This document shows positions 25,047-38,425 of a stretch of 64,000 nucleotides of DNA, piece by piece (within the stretch, counting starts at the first letter, position 1; the number at the start of each line of letters is the position of its first letter). Location of the stretch: the NCBI GenBank assembly GCA_973895155.1, contig OZ316891.1:1913324-1977323 (forward strand). The letters run 5' to 3'. The notes beneath the pieces are model-generated. The model made no database searches. It had not been told where the DNA came from and saw nothing but the letters and a program-made list of their open reading frames with translations. Both the position numbers and the translations under genes were made by a program. This DNA is from Marsupella aquatica. Taxonomy: Eukaryota; Plantae; Marchantiophyta.

Positions 25047-26534
25047 GCGATTAACAGATCAACCTGGTGAGCACTTGTGAAGCTTCCCTGAGCTCGATTC
25101 TCCTAGTCAGACTCTGTGGATGCTCATGCTTGATTCCGTTAATTCTGGAGTTCTCTCCTATGTCGAATCTCACCACCAGATTCTACCATATGAATTTTTC
25201 TTTCATCTGGAGTTCTCTATTCCATGTAAAATCCAACCACCAAATTAGATTTGACAAGTGTTTCTCTCTCGTCTCGATTTCGATAACCAGTTATGTCGTT
25301 GACCTTGTCGTATGTTTTCTGCAAATGCAAGTTCTGTCAAAAGGCTCAAGAAACGTGTTTGATGTTCCTGGTAATTTAGATCTGTGTCCCTTTGATAAGT
25401 ATACTTGTCGGTTTCTAGCTAGCTACCTCTGGTCAGATCAAGTTCTGCCTTCTGCTCAACGAACTGATCTGTAATATATTTTTGCAACTTATGCAGGATC
25501 TTCTCCCTTCTCATTGGTCCTGTTGCTCCTGGGCACCCAATAGCCCGATGGTCTCGTCTGGTTGGGAGGAGTAATTATCTCCGTTGTGGTGATACGAGTT
25601 TGGAGATGTTTCGGCATCTGAACAGTGGGAGAGATAGGTTGTGTAAATTACAGATAACTAGGAGCCTGGGTGAAGCTTTAGAACAAGGCAACACGATAGT
25701 CTTCAAGGTTCGATGGCGGACTGACAATTGGAGAAACATTTGATTTCGGTGGGCAAACTTGCACTTCCCCACTCTGTTCATCTCATACTCTTGAAAAGCT
25801 TGTCGTAGCTATTGGCAGAAGAGAGCACCCGTTGTGGGGTCTGTTCATTCTGTATAGCAAAAAAATCACAGGTTGGGAATTATAATTCCTAATCAGGTGT
25901 GCGGAAATCTTCGCGTGAAGAACTCTTCTGTTTTCCAGTTCTGTTTTGTGGAATCTACTGTACCTGTCATCCCAGTCTATTAAACACATTCTTCTTGGTC
26001 ATGTCGTGCTGAAATCTCCCTGAAGTTGTTAGAGGCAAGATGGATGTTGTCATTCTTACTTTATGAGCGTGGGTGCCAATGCTTTGACTCACAGTTCTGA
26101 GGATTGGTTCATTAGCTCCAAATGAAGTTATCCAGCATTTTCATCCCACCGGGACTGAAGCAATGTATTTGTTGGAGTCTCTCCACTTCACATTTAGTCT
26201 TCCACATCATTTGTCGTTATGAAAAATCGGAGGTGTCTGTTGAGGAATTCATGATGAAATGCGAGTGCAACCCATTTCACCATCATCCTGACAGTAATTG
26301 TTAAGGACAAATTATTCAGCCTACACTTATCGTCGTGTGGCTGTGAAGACTTGAAGCATTCACCACTGGACTGCTTACCGAGAACGGCTCGAAAGATTCA
26401 AATCTTCCTTTTCCGTCCGCCCAAAATTGGTTATTTATTTTGGGTGGTTGATTGCCACTACCTTGTCTCCTAAAGTTTTTCTCTAGAAGGCAGATCTTCT
26501 CTTTGCGATTGGGACCATGTCTCCCGGTTATGCG

Positions 26535-26663
26535 TTTTTGCTTTTTGGCACTATGATATATATAGTACCCTAAACATATAGACTTGATAACTTCCGGTTC
26601 TGCGTTTTTGCTTTTTGGCACTATGATATATATAGTACCGTAAACATATAGACTTGATAACTT
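26535..26663. repeat. Tandem duplication (about 70 bp x2)
   Basis: TGCGTTTTTGCTTTTTGGCACTATGATATATATAGTACC.TAAACATATAGACTTGATAACTT occurs twice. Confidence 0.9.
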
Positions 26664-26929
26664 AAAAGTTTGGATGGCTTATCGCGCTATCAAACTCTGC
26701 CAAATGTCAGTGGTATATCACTGGCTTCACCGAAACTCAAAAGTACAAGCTGGCTACGCCGAGCAGCACACACCTGGTGGCCAGTTGTCCATGTTTCTAG
26801 CCACGAATTCAATTCCATACCCCGTAATGCTTCATCGACGTAGTGTGCTAGCCGAAGCACACCTCAACATGCGAGCGTTCGGGAAGGGTGGGGGCCAGGG
26901 GGCTCTCTCTCACACATAATCTATCTTTC

Positions 26930-29490
26930 AAAAATGATGATCTGTGTCCTCAACTAATAGGTCCGAATGATATAATTGTGTCAATCTTGCACCAAATTTT
27001 GTGGGGGAGGATTGGGACCAGGACGCAGGGGGCGAGGCGCTATATGAAGGCAATTGTCCCGTCCAAGGAAGTGCAAGCCTCGGCCCAAGTCCAGCGCTGC
27101 CTTCGTGTCTTGCACAAACCTCTTCTTCCATTGCCTGGCACTCGGCGTGGTAGAACAGAACGCCAGGAGGTGCCGTTGCCTGCAGCGAGTGGGACGACTC
27201 TCGCTCCAAAGTGGGGCCCTGACCGAACTCCACGGTCTGCAAGCTCGTACAATTCCTTACCAGAAGATTTTTGAAAATGAAGACAAGGCTCTCATTGACT
27301 CGGGCAATTTGCACAACCTTCGGTTATGCTCCAAGTATAACAAAGACAGTTTGCGAAGCTGGCCAAATGACTCGGCCAACTCTCGTAGCCCCTTCACCCG
27401 ATTATTTCCAATGTGACCAACGTCCCCAGTTCGCACGGGATTCTCTACAAGATTGAAGTCAAGGGATGGCATTCTTTGGATTGAAAGAATCAGAGGCTGA
27501 ATCCAAGATTGCGGGTAACCCTGCCACTTGAACTTAAGCTGCGCATGTCGTGAAACGGTGAATTGCGAGGTAAAATAGAAGGGATAGGCGATTCTGACGG
27601 CCAGTCTCTTGCTGCTGGAACACAATCTTCTCTTGGGCGTCTTGCCTCCTCTGTTTCCCCGGATTCGACCTGCCCGCCTAAATCTACTCCAAGGCGTTCC
27701 AGCCGCCACAAATTCTCAATGATGAACAAAACTCTCAATAGGACAAAACTAAAGCAAAGATTTACAGAACACTCAACATGACAAAACTAAAAAGCTAATA
27801 AAAACCAAAAAAAAAGGGATGGGAGCAAAGATTAACAAAACTGACTCTTAATAATATGACAAAACTAAGAGTGGCTCTCAATAAACACAAAATAGAAGTG
27901 AGGGTGGAAAAAACTAGGATGAGGCAAAGCTGAACAACAGCATCTTGTTCTGCAATATTTTTTTTTTCTCTTATCTCTATTTATGTTCAAAGAACTGGTA
28001 ATCAGGACAGTGTTTTAGTATTCCTGATCAGGCTTGATCATCTCATGAACATACACTGTCACATAACTAGCCACAGTTTGAGAAAATTCACAGCATTTTG
28101 TCGTTTCCAGATTGTGGCATTAGGATAATATCCTAATGCCACAATCTTTCGAGACCAACTCCTTCGTAAGAGCGTATCCACAGATCCGTTCCCATTTTAC
28201 AACAGTCTCACTGCGGGGACTCGCAATACTATGTCCCAGAATCCTGAGCTGCCCATGCATTGCGATGGTGCCTTCGTTGATTACATTGACCAGAAAGCGG
28301 CTCTTCAAATTTAACCATGCCAAGTCTTGCTCTGCCCGAGACGCTTTCCAGATAGATTTTACCAGAGATGAAAAATCCCTGCAATATCCAAAATTTCTTC
28401 ATCGGGAGGCTTTCGAGAATCGTAGCACACCTTCAACTTGACCCAAAGTTTGTAATCAGAACTTCCGTCCACATCTTCGGCTTTTGCCAGTCAACTCAGA
28501 AGATCCAAACAAACGTGGTGTTCATGTACGCCGGGCTCCTTGCTTACAAAACCGGCCAGAATTTTTACAAACAACGGATAGCCGTCACATTTCGGTATTG
28601 CTTCCTGGACAACAGGTCTTAGACCATGGGGTCTTTCTCCCCCTGGAAGGCAGTGACGAAACAGCTGTTGTGATTCTTCTGAGCGCAAATATCCGACCTC
28701 AAATATCTTTAGATGGAGTGTCAAGCCGAGAAGTTGTGCAAGTGACAATTAGTTTACTGGAGCTCCCTTCTAGCCATTCTGCGCAGGCCATCTAGCTCGG
28801 CCTGTGACTCCACATTATCCAGAACCATCAAAACCTTTCTGCTCGTCAGCTCATAAAGCAGCTCGTACAGGTTATGAATTGAGCCAATGTTGGTTCCTTA
28901 CGTGCTTCTTGAATTTCTCCAAACCTGCTCACTGCCATGAAATTGTCCTTCAATAGTCCAGGGCTACAACGCATGTGACATCAAAGTTGTCACATGTGTC
29001 ATAGTAGACCTCTCGGGCTAGAATGGTCTTTCCTGTACCACTTTAACCTACAATAAAGATCGTGCATACTTTCTGATAGGGCCGACCGAAGTCAATGAAA
29101 TACTTTCAGCTTCTCTTGGCATCACCTCCGACTCGTGCGTGCGGTAGTCTCTTCTCCAGAATCTGGAGTTTCCAGTTTTAGAAACAAACAATGTTGTTTC
29201 AGTTCCAGGCAATCAGCTTTGACCTCATTTGTAATACGAAACACGATTCAGATACGAGCCAACTTACTAGGAATTAGTCCCATATCTTCGCTTTTTTCAA
29301 GTGTACCTCTGAAATCGTTGTGCAACTTGTCACCAAGTAGAGACCCATTGTGAGAAGTTCCATAAAAGAACATTCCTCCAATGTTCGATAGCAGATGTCT
29401 AATTCGCTCCGTTGCAGGCAAATTTTCTGGTAGTGCCCTAATTTACCTCTTAACAGAAACAGCCTGATCATGGGCCTAATCAAGTACCAC
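26930..29490 (-). pseudogene. NLR pseudogene (alpha/beta-hydrolase-like N-terminus, NB-ARC, LRR)
   Basis: NIGGMFFYGTSHNGSLL (about 29385-29335); P-loop IFIVG*SGTGKTILAREVY (about 29060-29005); kinase-2 KVLMVLDNV; RNBS-B SKLIVT; GLPL-like CDGYPL; RNBS-D FLDIAG; MHD-like IAMHGQL; LRRs LRELAESFGQLRKL and LCKLPES. Multiple stops and frameshifts. Confidence 0.85.
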
Positions 29491-30891
29491 CTACTTTGCT
29501 GTCCCATGGCCCCCACTCGAGTATCACTACAGGAAACTAAGAGGTTTCCCAAAAGCGAGACAAACTAAATTCCGTCCAGACCGTGGGGCGGCTGCATATT
29601 GCATTCTACGCTGTTTCAGCTTCTGTTTCTGTAACCTCTGACCGTAAACGAGACGATAAATTTCATGGTGTCGATGTCTCCGTCGAACCACCAAAAGCCA
29701 GAATTAGTAGAGCCAACTAACTGCACGATAAGCATGGATCTCAAGGTTCATGCCACTTTACAGTGCAGAAAATTGGTTGAGTCTCCATATCAACAGGACA
29801 ACGTAGCACCAACTGCGATTAGAGACTTAAAGACAGTTTGCTCATCGCGCAGTACAGAATACACGAAGGAGACTCAAACCAAGCCAAGGATTGCTTCTTA
29901 CGTACAATTTCAACAACTAATACTCTCCGTGCAAGAGGTTGATCGAAGATGTAGGCGGCGCATGAGCTGTATGCGGAACACATGATAGCCTGAATGAGCA
30001 GAGTCAGGAACCCCTTTCACATCATACTTACTCTCACCTCAAAAACAAGAGTTTTTAGATCACTATTGTGGAGAAGGATCACAACCATGAAGAAGTCTTA
30101 ATCTAATCACACCAAGAGAAGTAAACGTAAGATAACGCGCATATCTACTGTTTCAAGCATTGTAATGACAAGACAAGCGGTGAACTATTTCAGTCAGAGA
30201 ATTTGGAAAATCTCTAAAAATTTCCGTAAGCTATTACTCATCATACTTGGTTCTCCCTTCGCAATAAGAGTTGCTACTATGATTAGATTCATCAAAGTAC
30301 AAATGGTTTACATCATATCCAGAGTTAAAGTCACACCGCGCCCAAAGCAAGAAACGTACGAAAGTGCAATTTACCTACATTTCGACTAACAGATATCCGT
30401 GTTCATTGAGACGGCAGACGCTGATTCGTCCGCTCCAAGGAACTAGTTTTATTGTAAACCCTAAACTATTCTCTTCGAAAAGGTGATTCTAAATTACTCC
30501 CACAAAGAAGAGTAAAACCACGAGCAGAATCTGTTTGCAGCTCCAGAACTTTCATGGGGACCATTTGAAATGGAATTCATAGCGGAAATGTCGAGTCTCG
30601 AGGTGAAATGTCCCAATAAAATTCGCAGCGCATCGTAATGGGTCAAAACTTCGACGATGATATAGACCTAACCATTATATTCCTAGCTTCCCGGGGAGTC
30701 ACCAGCCACATTGTAGAATACCCAAAACACACCGGCTGCCGTGGCGAAACAAACAGCAAATCCATCCGATCCACTGCTCTCCTCCACTGCACATACTTTA
30801 CACTCAGACTAAACCCTAAACCCTACCTCCTAACTATTTCCTTTCTATCTCCTGTAAACGACGTCGTTTAGAAATGCGTAAGAACAGGCTG

Positions 30892-31407
30892 CTATTCCTG
30901 CATAGTTCGCGTCGATTGCCTCTTTGTGGCAACTTTGACCTTGATCTCGTCCGACAATTTGGGTAACGTAAGGCTCGGGTCGGCTTGCAGAGCCAGAGGG
31001 GCCTTCACCATATGGATACTCTGCTCCAACTCGGCTGCAGCTTCCTTCCTTTCCGTTGACTTCTTGCTCTTCATTCGGCTCTCCCAGAACTTCGACTCCC
31101 GCTTCACCCGCACCTCCTCGATCTTCTTAATTGCCTTAATGGTCTGCTCCACCACATTCCTGTCATACCTCTCAGGCCTATTCCGCCTCCGCTCAAGCTC
31201 GAACGTCGTATCCTGCGCGAGCTCCTTCCCGTGCAGCTTCCTGTACGCCTTCGTCCACTTCACCTTCCGTGGATTCCTCTTCATTTTGAAATTCTTGTGA
31301 CATTTCGACCTGCAGAACCGAAACACCTTCGCATCATTACGCACGAAAGTAATCCCATGGCCGGGATACACCGTCGAGGAACAGAACCAGCAGTTCTCTA
31401 ATCTCAT
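30892..31407 (-). CDS. RLP24: Ribosome biogenesis protein RLP24 (eL24 paralogue)
   Basis: [56 protein letters not shown]. Confidence 0.96.
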   Translation of the reverse strand: MRLENCWFCSSTVYPGHGITFVRNDAKVFRFCRSKCHKNFKMKRNPRKVKWTKAYRKLHGKELAQDTTFELERRRNRPERYDRNVVEQTIKAIKKIEEVRVKRESKFWESRMKSKKSTERKEAAAELEQSIHMVKAPLALQADPSLTLPKLSDEIKVKVATKRQSTRTMQE

Positions 31408-31660
31408 CGCTGCGGCTGTCGCGGTTCCAGCCGATCACTCTCCTTCCTTCTATTTCTTCTCTCACCCACTTCAATCCGCTCCAATCTGCCCAAATCCGCG
31501 GCAAAAGTGGCAGTAATTGGGGTCTAGGAGACGATCAACCGAACCGAAAACCGAGAGAATTCTCGAGCAGAGGAGGTGATCTTCCAGAAACAACACCTCG
31601 TGATCGAAAGAAGAAGACCGTCAGAAGGGAATGAGGTTTCTGCTGTAACCCTACACTCCG

Positions 31661-31669
31661 AAACCCTAA
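31661..31669. promoter_or_regulatory. Telo-box (AAACCCTAA) in the RLP24 5' region
   Basis: Exact telo-box about 250 bp upstream of the ATG, typical of plant ribosome-biogenesis genes. Confidence 0.5.
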
Positions 31670-34600
31670 AAGCGTTACAGAGAGTTTTGCTTTCGTGCTC
31701 GGACACAAATTCACAGATGCTCGTATATTATTATTATCAAAGCGGTTGGCTACGGGGAAAGAGAAGCCCGAATGGACCCGTTTGAGAAACTGCTCAGATG
31801 GAATCGCACGATCTGCATGGACCCCAGCGAAACCTTCTATTTACTCATATAATATATATTGCAATGTGAAATCGCTATGTGAAATCGAAACGGGAAAAGA
31901 CGAGGACCATTGTTGGAAACAGTTTTTAATTAATTAACTCCCCCAACCCCCAAAGTGTTAGGAATTATAAATCACTTTGCCAAAGAACCCAAAACGCAAA
32001 TTTAACCCCATATTGGGCCACACGCAGGAGCCCCAGTAAAGTCCAATAAGAGCGATTAGGCCAGAACCAGAGAATCCTATATTCTGTGGAAAGGGAAACC
32101 GGATGGACCTCTGGGTTTGCAAAAATGCTAGGATTGACTTGCGCAACCCACATGGACCTCACTGGAACCTTCTTGCTCAGATACTACATATGACCTGGGA
32201 AAGTGAAATCTAAGCAGGAAATTGAGACCACTATTTTTGGAAACTGGTTTTTTACTAAACTGTCCCCAAACTGATCCATATTAGTTTAAGGACCTCTTGG
32301 TTATGTAAAGTTTAATGTTATTCAACAAGTTGGAGCAATGATGAGTTGTATATTGGAATGAGTTTGAATAATTATGTCCGTGAGAGGACAAAGATTAAAT
32401 GAGGATTTAGATTGAAGTGAGTTTTAAGGTAATGAGCACAATTTCATTGAAGAAAAAAAAAAGATTACTCATGGTTAGTGTCCATGCAAAATATTCCCTT
32501 GGTATTCCATATCCAAAGTCCTTGCACTATGTTATAAAAGCAAACGTGTTTCTTAGATCCTTTGGTATTCCTCTATCCATAGTAGTCAGAGGTTTTTCTA
32601 CATTCCTTTGGTATTCCCCTATCCATAGTAGTGGAATGGTTTCTTAGAATACCTTGGTAGATGATACACAACTTGAAGAGTTTCTTTCAACCCGTGTTTA
32701 TTTTAAACATATGACAAGTACATAGAAAGTTTAAATAATTGATAAATCAATCACAATCCATTCAAAGGTTATTTCTTTTACCTAGTTTTTACAGTTGTCT
32801 TTGTTTATTTGAAGTGTTATTTTTCATTTTAATGGTGGACCTTGCCACCCAGCAGTCTTGGTTCCCAAATGCGTACATGAAATTCCTCGAGTAAGCAACG
32901 CGGTGCCTCTATCACCACCAATGACAACTCTCATATGAAGCCGCATTTGCTCCTTAACACGATCATCGCTCAACAGTGCTTACAATTTGCATAGGCAACC
33001 AAAGACGTTTGTAAGTAACCCCATCATGATTTAGGATCCCTGGGCAAGATCATTGTCTTGCCTCAAACTCAACATTTGTTAGTAAGTAGGTTAGTGAATA
33101 GAGCCTCCCGTACCTAGGTGATCTTGCCATAAGTTGAAGCTAAGGTTGACACCCACTATTTGTCCACAATAGTCCCTCTGTTGGGTGTCGCCCAAGCTTC
33201 CCCGGCCACTTTCTATCCGTCACTGGCTGACCGCCCTGTCCCCAAGACATGTTCATGGCCCAAATTAATAGCTAGCTTGTCCCTAAGCTTTCCTAAGCTA
33301 GCTTATCCCAAACAGCGGGACCAGTTTGGCCCCGACTCTAGCAACCATCTCTAAGGCTCCCACTCAGCTGAGAGTCTAGTAAGGGGCCAATGCACATAGA
33401 CCTCAACACTCATGTCTACTCTGCAATTCCTCCCCTCGCAAGCTCAATTGGGAAACTGAATGTGGGTTGACTGTTGTTTCGGCAGGATTTGGCAAGTGAG
33501 CGAGATAGTCCCCAAAAACCTCAAGAACCAAAGGCACCCCAAGACCCAACTACTCCTAGGAGGGTGTATTGATTTCCTCAAGAGTTTTTCAACGCATCCA
33601 AGAAGTCCTCCAACTGACTTCTCATTGAGAAGTTATTGTCGTCTCTATTTAACGTTTCCCCTTAGTGAGTGGTGTGTGGCCGTAGGCAGAAGGAAGCTTC
33701 AGTGTCGTTTTGGTGGGTGGAATGTTGGAAATGGGCAAGCGACTACCTCAAACAGACGAGTTGCCAACATTCTTAAAATTATGGAAGCTAAGGAGTAGGC
33801 GAAGGGCAGCGGATGTTTTCTCAAGATTCTGGTTGTGGAGAGTGTCGAGGTGACTGAAAATTGTGTTTCACTGAGAGCCTGAAGAGGTGTGACCATTTTG
33901 AGCCCAAGAGTAGCTGCAGCAAAGGAGCAAAGGCGATGTAATCAAAGAAATCAAATTGACATGTGTGTGACGATGATGACATTTTGATTTGGGCAGGTGA
34001 GCAAACACATTTCTTCAGTCCAAACCAGAGGTGGGCATCCCACTATTACATTTTGGGACTTGGTGGTGATTTTTCTTTGAGGTCTTTAAGTGGTGCAATG
34101 CCAATAACTCTGTAACTTACTGCCCCCCTTAAGTTGTTTGATTTTTATTGGGAGCAACCTGCCCCAGAACGCTGTTTGCAAGGGTCCCACCCTACCTCAC
34201 TCACCCCTGCAGAACCACATTCAATCTTCAATCGGCCTTGATTGAACCACCCACTTCTGCGACGCTGCCCCACCACAAGTCCTCCTTGTTTAATGTCAGC
34301 CGTCCTTATGGGGGATCAGACGGCCCACACCTGCAACTCTTGTTTGATTGCATCCATCCAGTCGGGGATTGGTCGGCCCTAGTAGCCTGCCACAAACTGT
34401 TAATTGTCACGGGTCACCCATCCCCACCCGCCGGGTGATCCAGCTGCACCTTTTTTCAGCCATTAGATTGGATTGATCCAACGGTCCTTGTCGACCTGCT
34501 CTTAATTGACCGATATTGACTATAGTCGTCTGATTGCCTAGATTTGACGGTTATGATTGAGCAATACACTCTCACCCAGTCACACTATCGCGCCTCTGTG

Positions 34601-35949
34601 TTGCGCTTGTAGCTGTGGATCCCCAAAATCCAACAGTCCTAATTGAAGCCTGATGAAGGGCCCTATCACAGAGAGAACGGTCCCCCATCAAGAATCTATT
34701 GTAGGCTAATCACCATTAACATCCTAATTAATGGCAGTTTAGCCTAAGTAACTAGGAGTTAACCCAAGAGTAGAGTTACCCCTAACAAAAATCACTTATA
34801 TATCTTTATGTGCATAATGAAGGCATTATAATCATGTTAATGTACTCATAATGCCCTAAGAATACTGAGGGCGGTAATGTTAATATTCGAGGGCATTGTG
34901 AGATAATATTTTAAGAGCGATAATGTTATGTCTAAATTTTGGAGCCATTATATCTCACAATGCCCTCCAAGGAATACAGTAGCCTATTTTACATGACTTT
35001 TGGCCAAAACTTCAGTTCCCATTCAGGTCATTGGGTGGTTTTAAAGTTTGCCAAGCCATTCACACTTTGCCACGTTAGCTCTTTTTAGGGTGGATTAAAT
35101 CTCATTATTTTATACCATACATTTATATGGTTTACATCTACAACTATAATAAGTGATCCCGCCTTTTTTCATCCTTCGTCCCATTATGAAATCCAGAATC
35201 GAAGGGAATCAAAACTGGCCGTTAGATATTTTAGAGTATTTCCATATCCATTTGATTAGCACTTGCCCTCTCTAGCGAGGCCTCCCAGACCCATGCCTTC
35301 ATTATGGACCCCCGGGCTAGCAATATACATATAGAGCATCAATGCTCGCAATACCTCGCCGACCCTCATGATGCCTCACCCTGCCTCACCCTCCCCTCGG
35401 TCCGAATGCACTCGCCCCTGCCTCTTGCCCTCCCCTCGGTCCACGCCCTGCCTTGCCCTTCCCTTGGTCCAATGCGCTCGCCCCTACCTCTCGCCCCCCG
35501 GCCCGACTCCCTATGGATTGGCCCTCATTGCATTGTGCAATGCACGGGCATAGGGCTCGTACTATATAACTTTCTTTGGAAAATGAAAACTCCTACCATG
35601 GAGAGCAAAACTTTATTGATAACAATAAACAGTTACTTCAATAAGGGTAGTCTAAGTGACCTAATCCTGTGAAGAGTGTGTGTATGCATGATTGATGGAG
35701 GGTCAATCTATAATATCTAATGTCTGTAATATCTATGTCTAATATGCCTTGTAAGTAGTGAACATAAGTGCCATGCGGGCCAATTTACTACAATCAGTCC
35801 TACACATTCAATACTGTATAAGCCTATGTCTACAAGTAACTACGACATTATTTAGTTCCCCAACTTCCTAATAGAAATTGAAACAGTGCAGTTGTTGACA
35901 AACTGCACTTTAGTGAAAATTAAGTGCATGCACAAGATTCACAACAACA

Positions 35950-36460
35950 GAGCTAGGCTAACAAGAAGCAATGCCAACTTGTTAGACAAATGGACCCTTG
36001 CGCATATGAAAGATGGGCTCGTCCTTCCCTGTTTGACTATACAATTCAGACTTCTTGTCGGCACTTCAATACTCAATGAAACGCATGGTATAGTCCCATT
36101 ATTGTTGGGTCGGATATATGCTACTGTCCTTACAAATCTGCTCAAAAAACTTGATCAAGATTGACGCACATTCAGCCAAAGAGAGATCCTTGAATAGAAC
36201 ATTGGCATCTCACCCTTTATACTCTTGAAATCGATTGACTGCCCATTGATCCATAGGAGCTCTAGGATTAAAACCGCCCTTTGCAAGGGTCTTTTGGAAC
36301 TGCGGATCTTTTGCAAGCAATTTTACAACTGCCTAGCCCTCAATTTTGATCACGATCCGGTCCTCCTTAGGCAGCTCATTTGCATGTAACCTGTCTAAAC
36401 TCGCATTCACCTATTGCAGCTCAGCCATACAACTTTCATCAAACATGCAATCATTCCAGG
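35950..36460 (-). pseudogene. DUF3504/Crypton-like (tyrosine-recombinase-associated) coding remnant
   Basis: Manual translation gives DQWAVNRFQEY...DLSLAECASILIKFFEQICKDSSIYP/PTIMGLYHAF, which resembles the T.WAV..F.EW...L..F...RKKDG..Y.P.SL signature. Contains stops and a frameshift. Confidence 0.45.
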
Positions 36461-38425
36461 AACTACTCATTGTGTTGTCAGAGATAGTAACACCTTTCAT
36501 CAAAGACATTCCTATGCTAAATGACGGCCTCTCCATCCGAATCAGCAATGCACAAACTATCCATCCAAATCAGCAATGCACAAACTAGCCCGGTCCTCCA
36601 ACACCTCAATTCACCAATCTGTAGTTGCGCATGGACAGTTCATGGCAACAGCAGTTAGAGGAAATAAAATCATTCTCGTTGAAATTTGTTTGTGGTATCT
36701 ATGAATTACAATTTCATACAATCTAAAGTATGTTCCAACATGGCCGCAACCCTTCTGACAACTTTACTAGAAAGATCATTCAAGGCAAGCTGGCTGTTTG
36801 GTAGCTCAATTGTTATCGAGCGTTTATCGAGTGCGTTGTAACAAGCGGAAAAAGGGTTATGGGTTTTTGGCAGACTATAGACTGAGTATGTTTTTGCATG
36901 AACCAGGTCTCTTGCCATTGCATTTGGCTTGGAGTAGGAAATGCAAAGCACTATGGCTCAATAGAAAGATTGCAGCAAGACAAGGAGATGGAACAAAAAG
37001 TTTTCCTATCAAAGTTGACACTTTTCTTGTTCAATATGGAAGTGACAAGGTGTATAAAGCGACAAAATTAAGTTTGTTTTACGGCTTGATTTTCCTTTCA
37101 AGGGGAGTCATTTTGTGTGTTTACACACAAAGTGCGAATACATTTGTCTCGATACCCCCCATATTGCGGTTTTTTCTCGTCCACAGTCGTGGCTGCAAGC
37201 TGCACAACACTGCCAGTGCAATTTGCGTGCTCATTTGCCCTCTGCCCACCACCGGTCGGCCGCCCTGGCCACACCCTTCACGGCCCGCTTCACGGTCCCC
37301 TCTCGCCCCTTCACGTTACGGGCATCGGTTGACTATAAGAGCTTTTGGGCCAATCTAAATGTGCCATATCATCATTTTATGTCTCATGATGTGACTATAC
37401 AGTTTTGACGCATGCATAAGTAGTTTTCTTGAATGTGCAAAGAAAGTACACTCACACTGTTAAACATACTGGACGGATCCTGTTTATTGTCTAAGTATGC
37501 TAGAACATTTGTGGCCTATTTGTCGCAGGCATGCCCTCAACGTTGGCCAATGGGCTTGGACCATTACATGTATAAGGTATCCCGTATGCCTCCCAGAATA
37601 CACGGGTCGACATATGGTCGACCTTGATACGCAGTAATGGTCCATCGCAGTATTTTAAGGTCATGTGTTGATAAATATTACGACCCATCTCCATTGAATT
37701 CTCAACAAGTGTACCTTTCAATATTGCATTAAGGTCATCAGGGTGATATTTTGCTTTTTGGGGCTTTAGGCTACTACCAGGTTAGCACTTTTGGCTTTGA
37801 TTATATCTCGTTACAAAATGATCATATACTACTTAGACTTTTTATCCTTTTTATCCCATTAAGGGACTGGCCCGGTCCTTAACTGTATACATTACAAATG
37901 GTACTAATCTCTCTGCACATTTGAGCATTGAAAACTGTGTGAAAATAAGGTAACTCTGAGCCAATCAGAACTCAGCACATGACCTGTTAGTAAGATGAAG
38001 GACGTATGTATCCCTTTAAGAGAATACGGTCTCCCCTATTTCTCCCCGCGTACCTCGTAAAGGCTACCGTACGTCCTTAATCCTAAACATTATTCCTTTG
38101 CTCCCCGGATATACAGTAGTCACAACCTCGCGACTGTGTATGCAACCACGGGCAGTACTCCCCACGCCCACGCCATCCCCAATATTCTGTGCTGCAACTC
38201 GGCTGCAGCTTCGTTGCAGTCTGTTGACTTCTTGCTCGCTCGCCAATCTGCTCTCTCAGCTCTTCGACTTGCGAGTCTTTCTGCAAATCCGCGATCGTTT
38301 GTTAGGAAGGGGTCTCACTAGGCTAGGGACCGATGGCGCAGCAGAGTATTGGATCGAGGAAATTTGACAGAGGAATAGGAGGAGGAGGAGGAGGGGGAAG
38401 TTTTGGAGGATCAATTACAACGACA

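Noticed and set aside
30926-31300. 124-aa + strand ORF
   Set aside because: Antisense shadow of RLP24
32650-35000. Possible LTR-retroelement remnants (PPT-like AAGGGGGGCAG on the - strand near 34125)
   Set aside because: No paired LTRs or gag/pol motifs could be identified by eye
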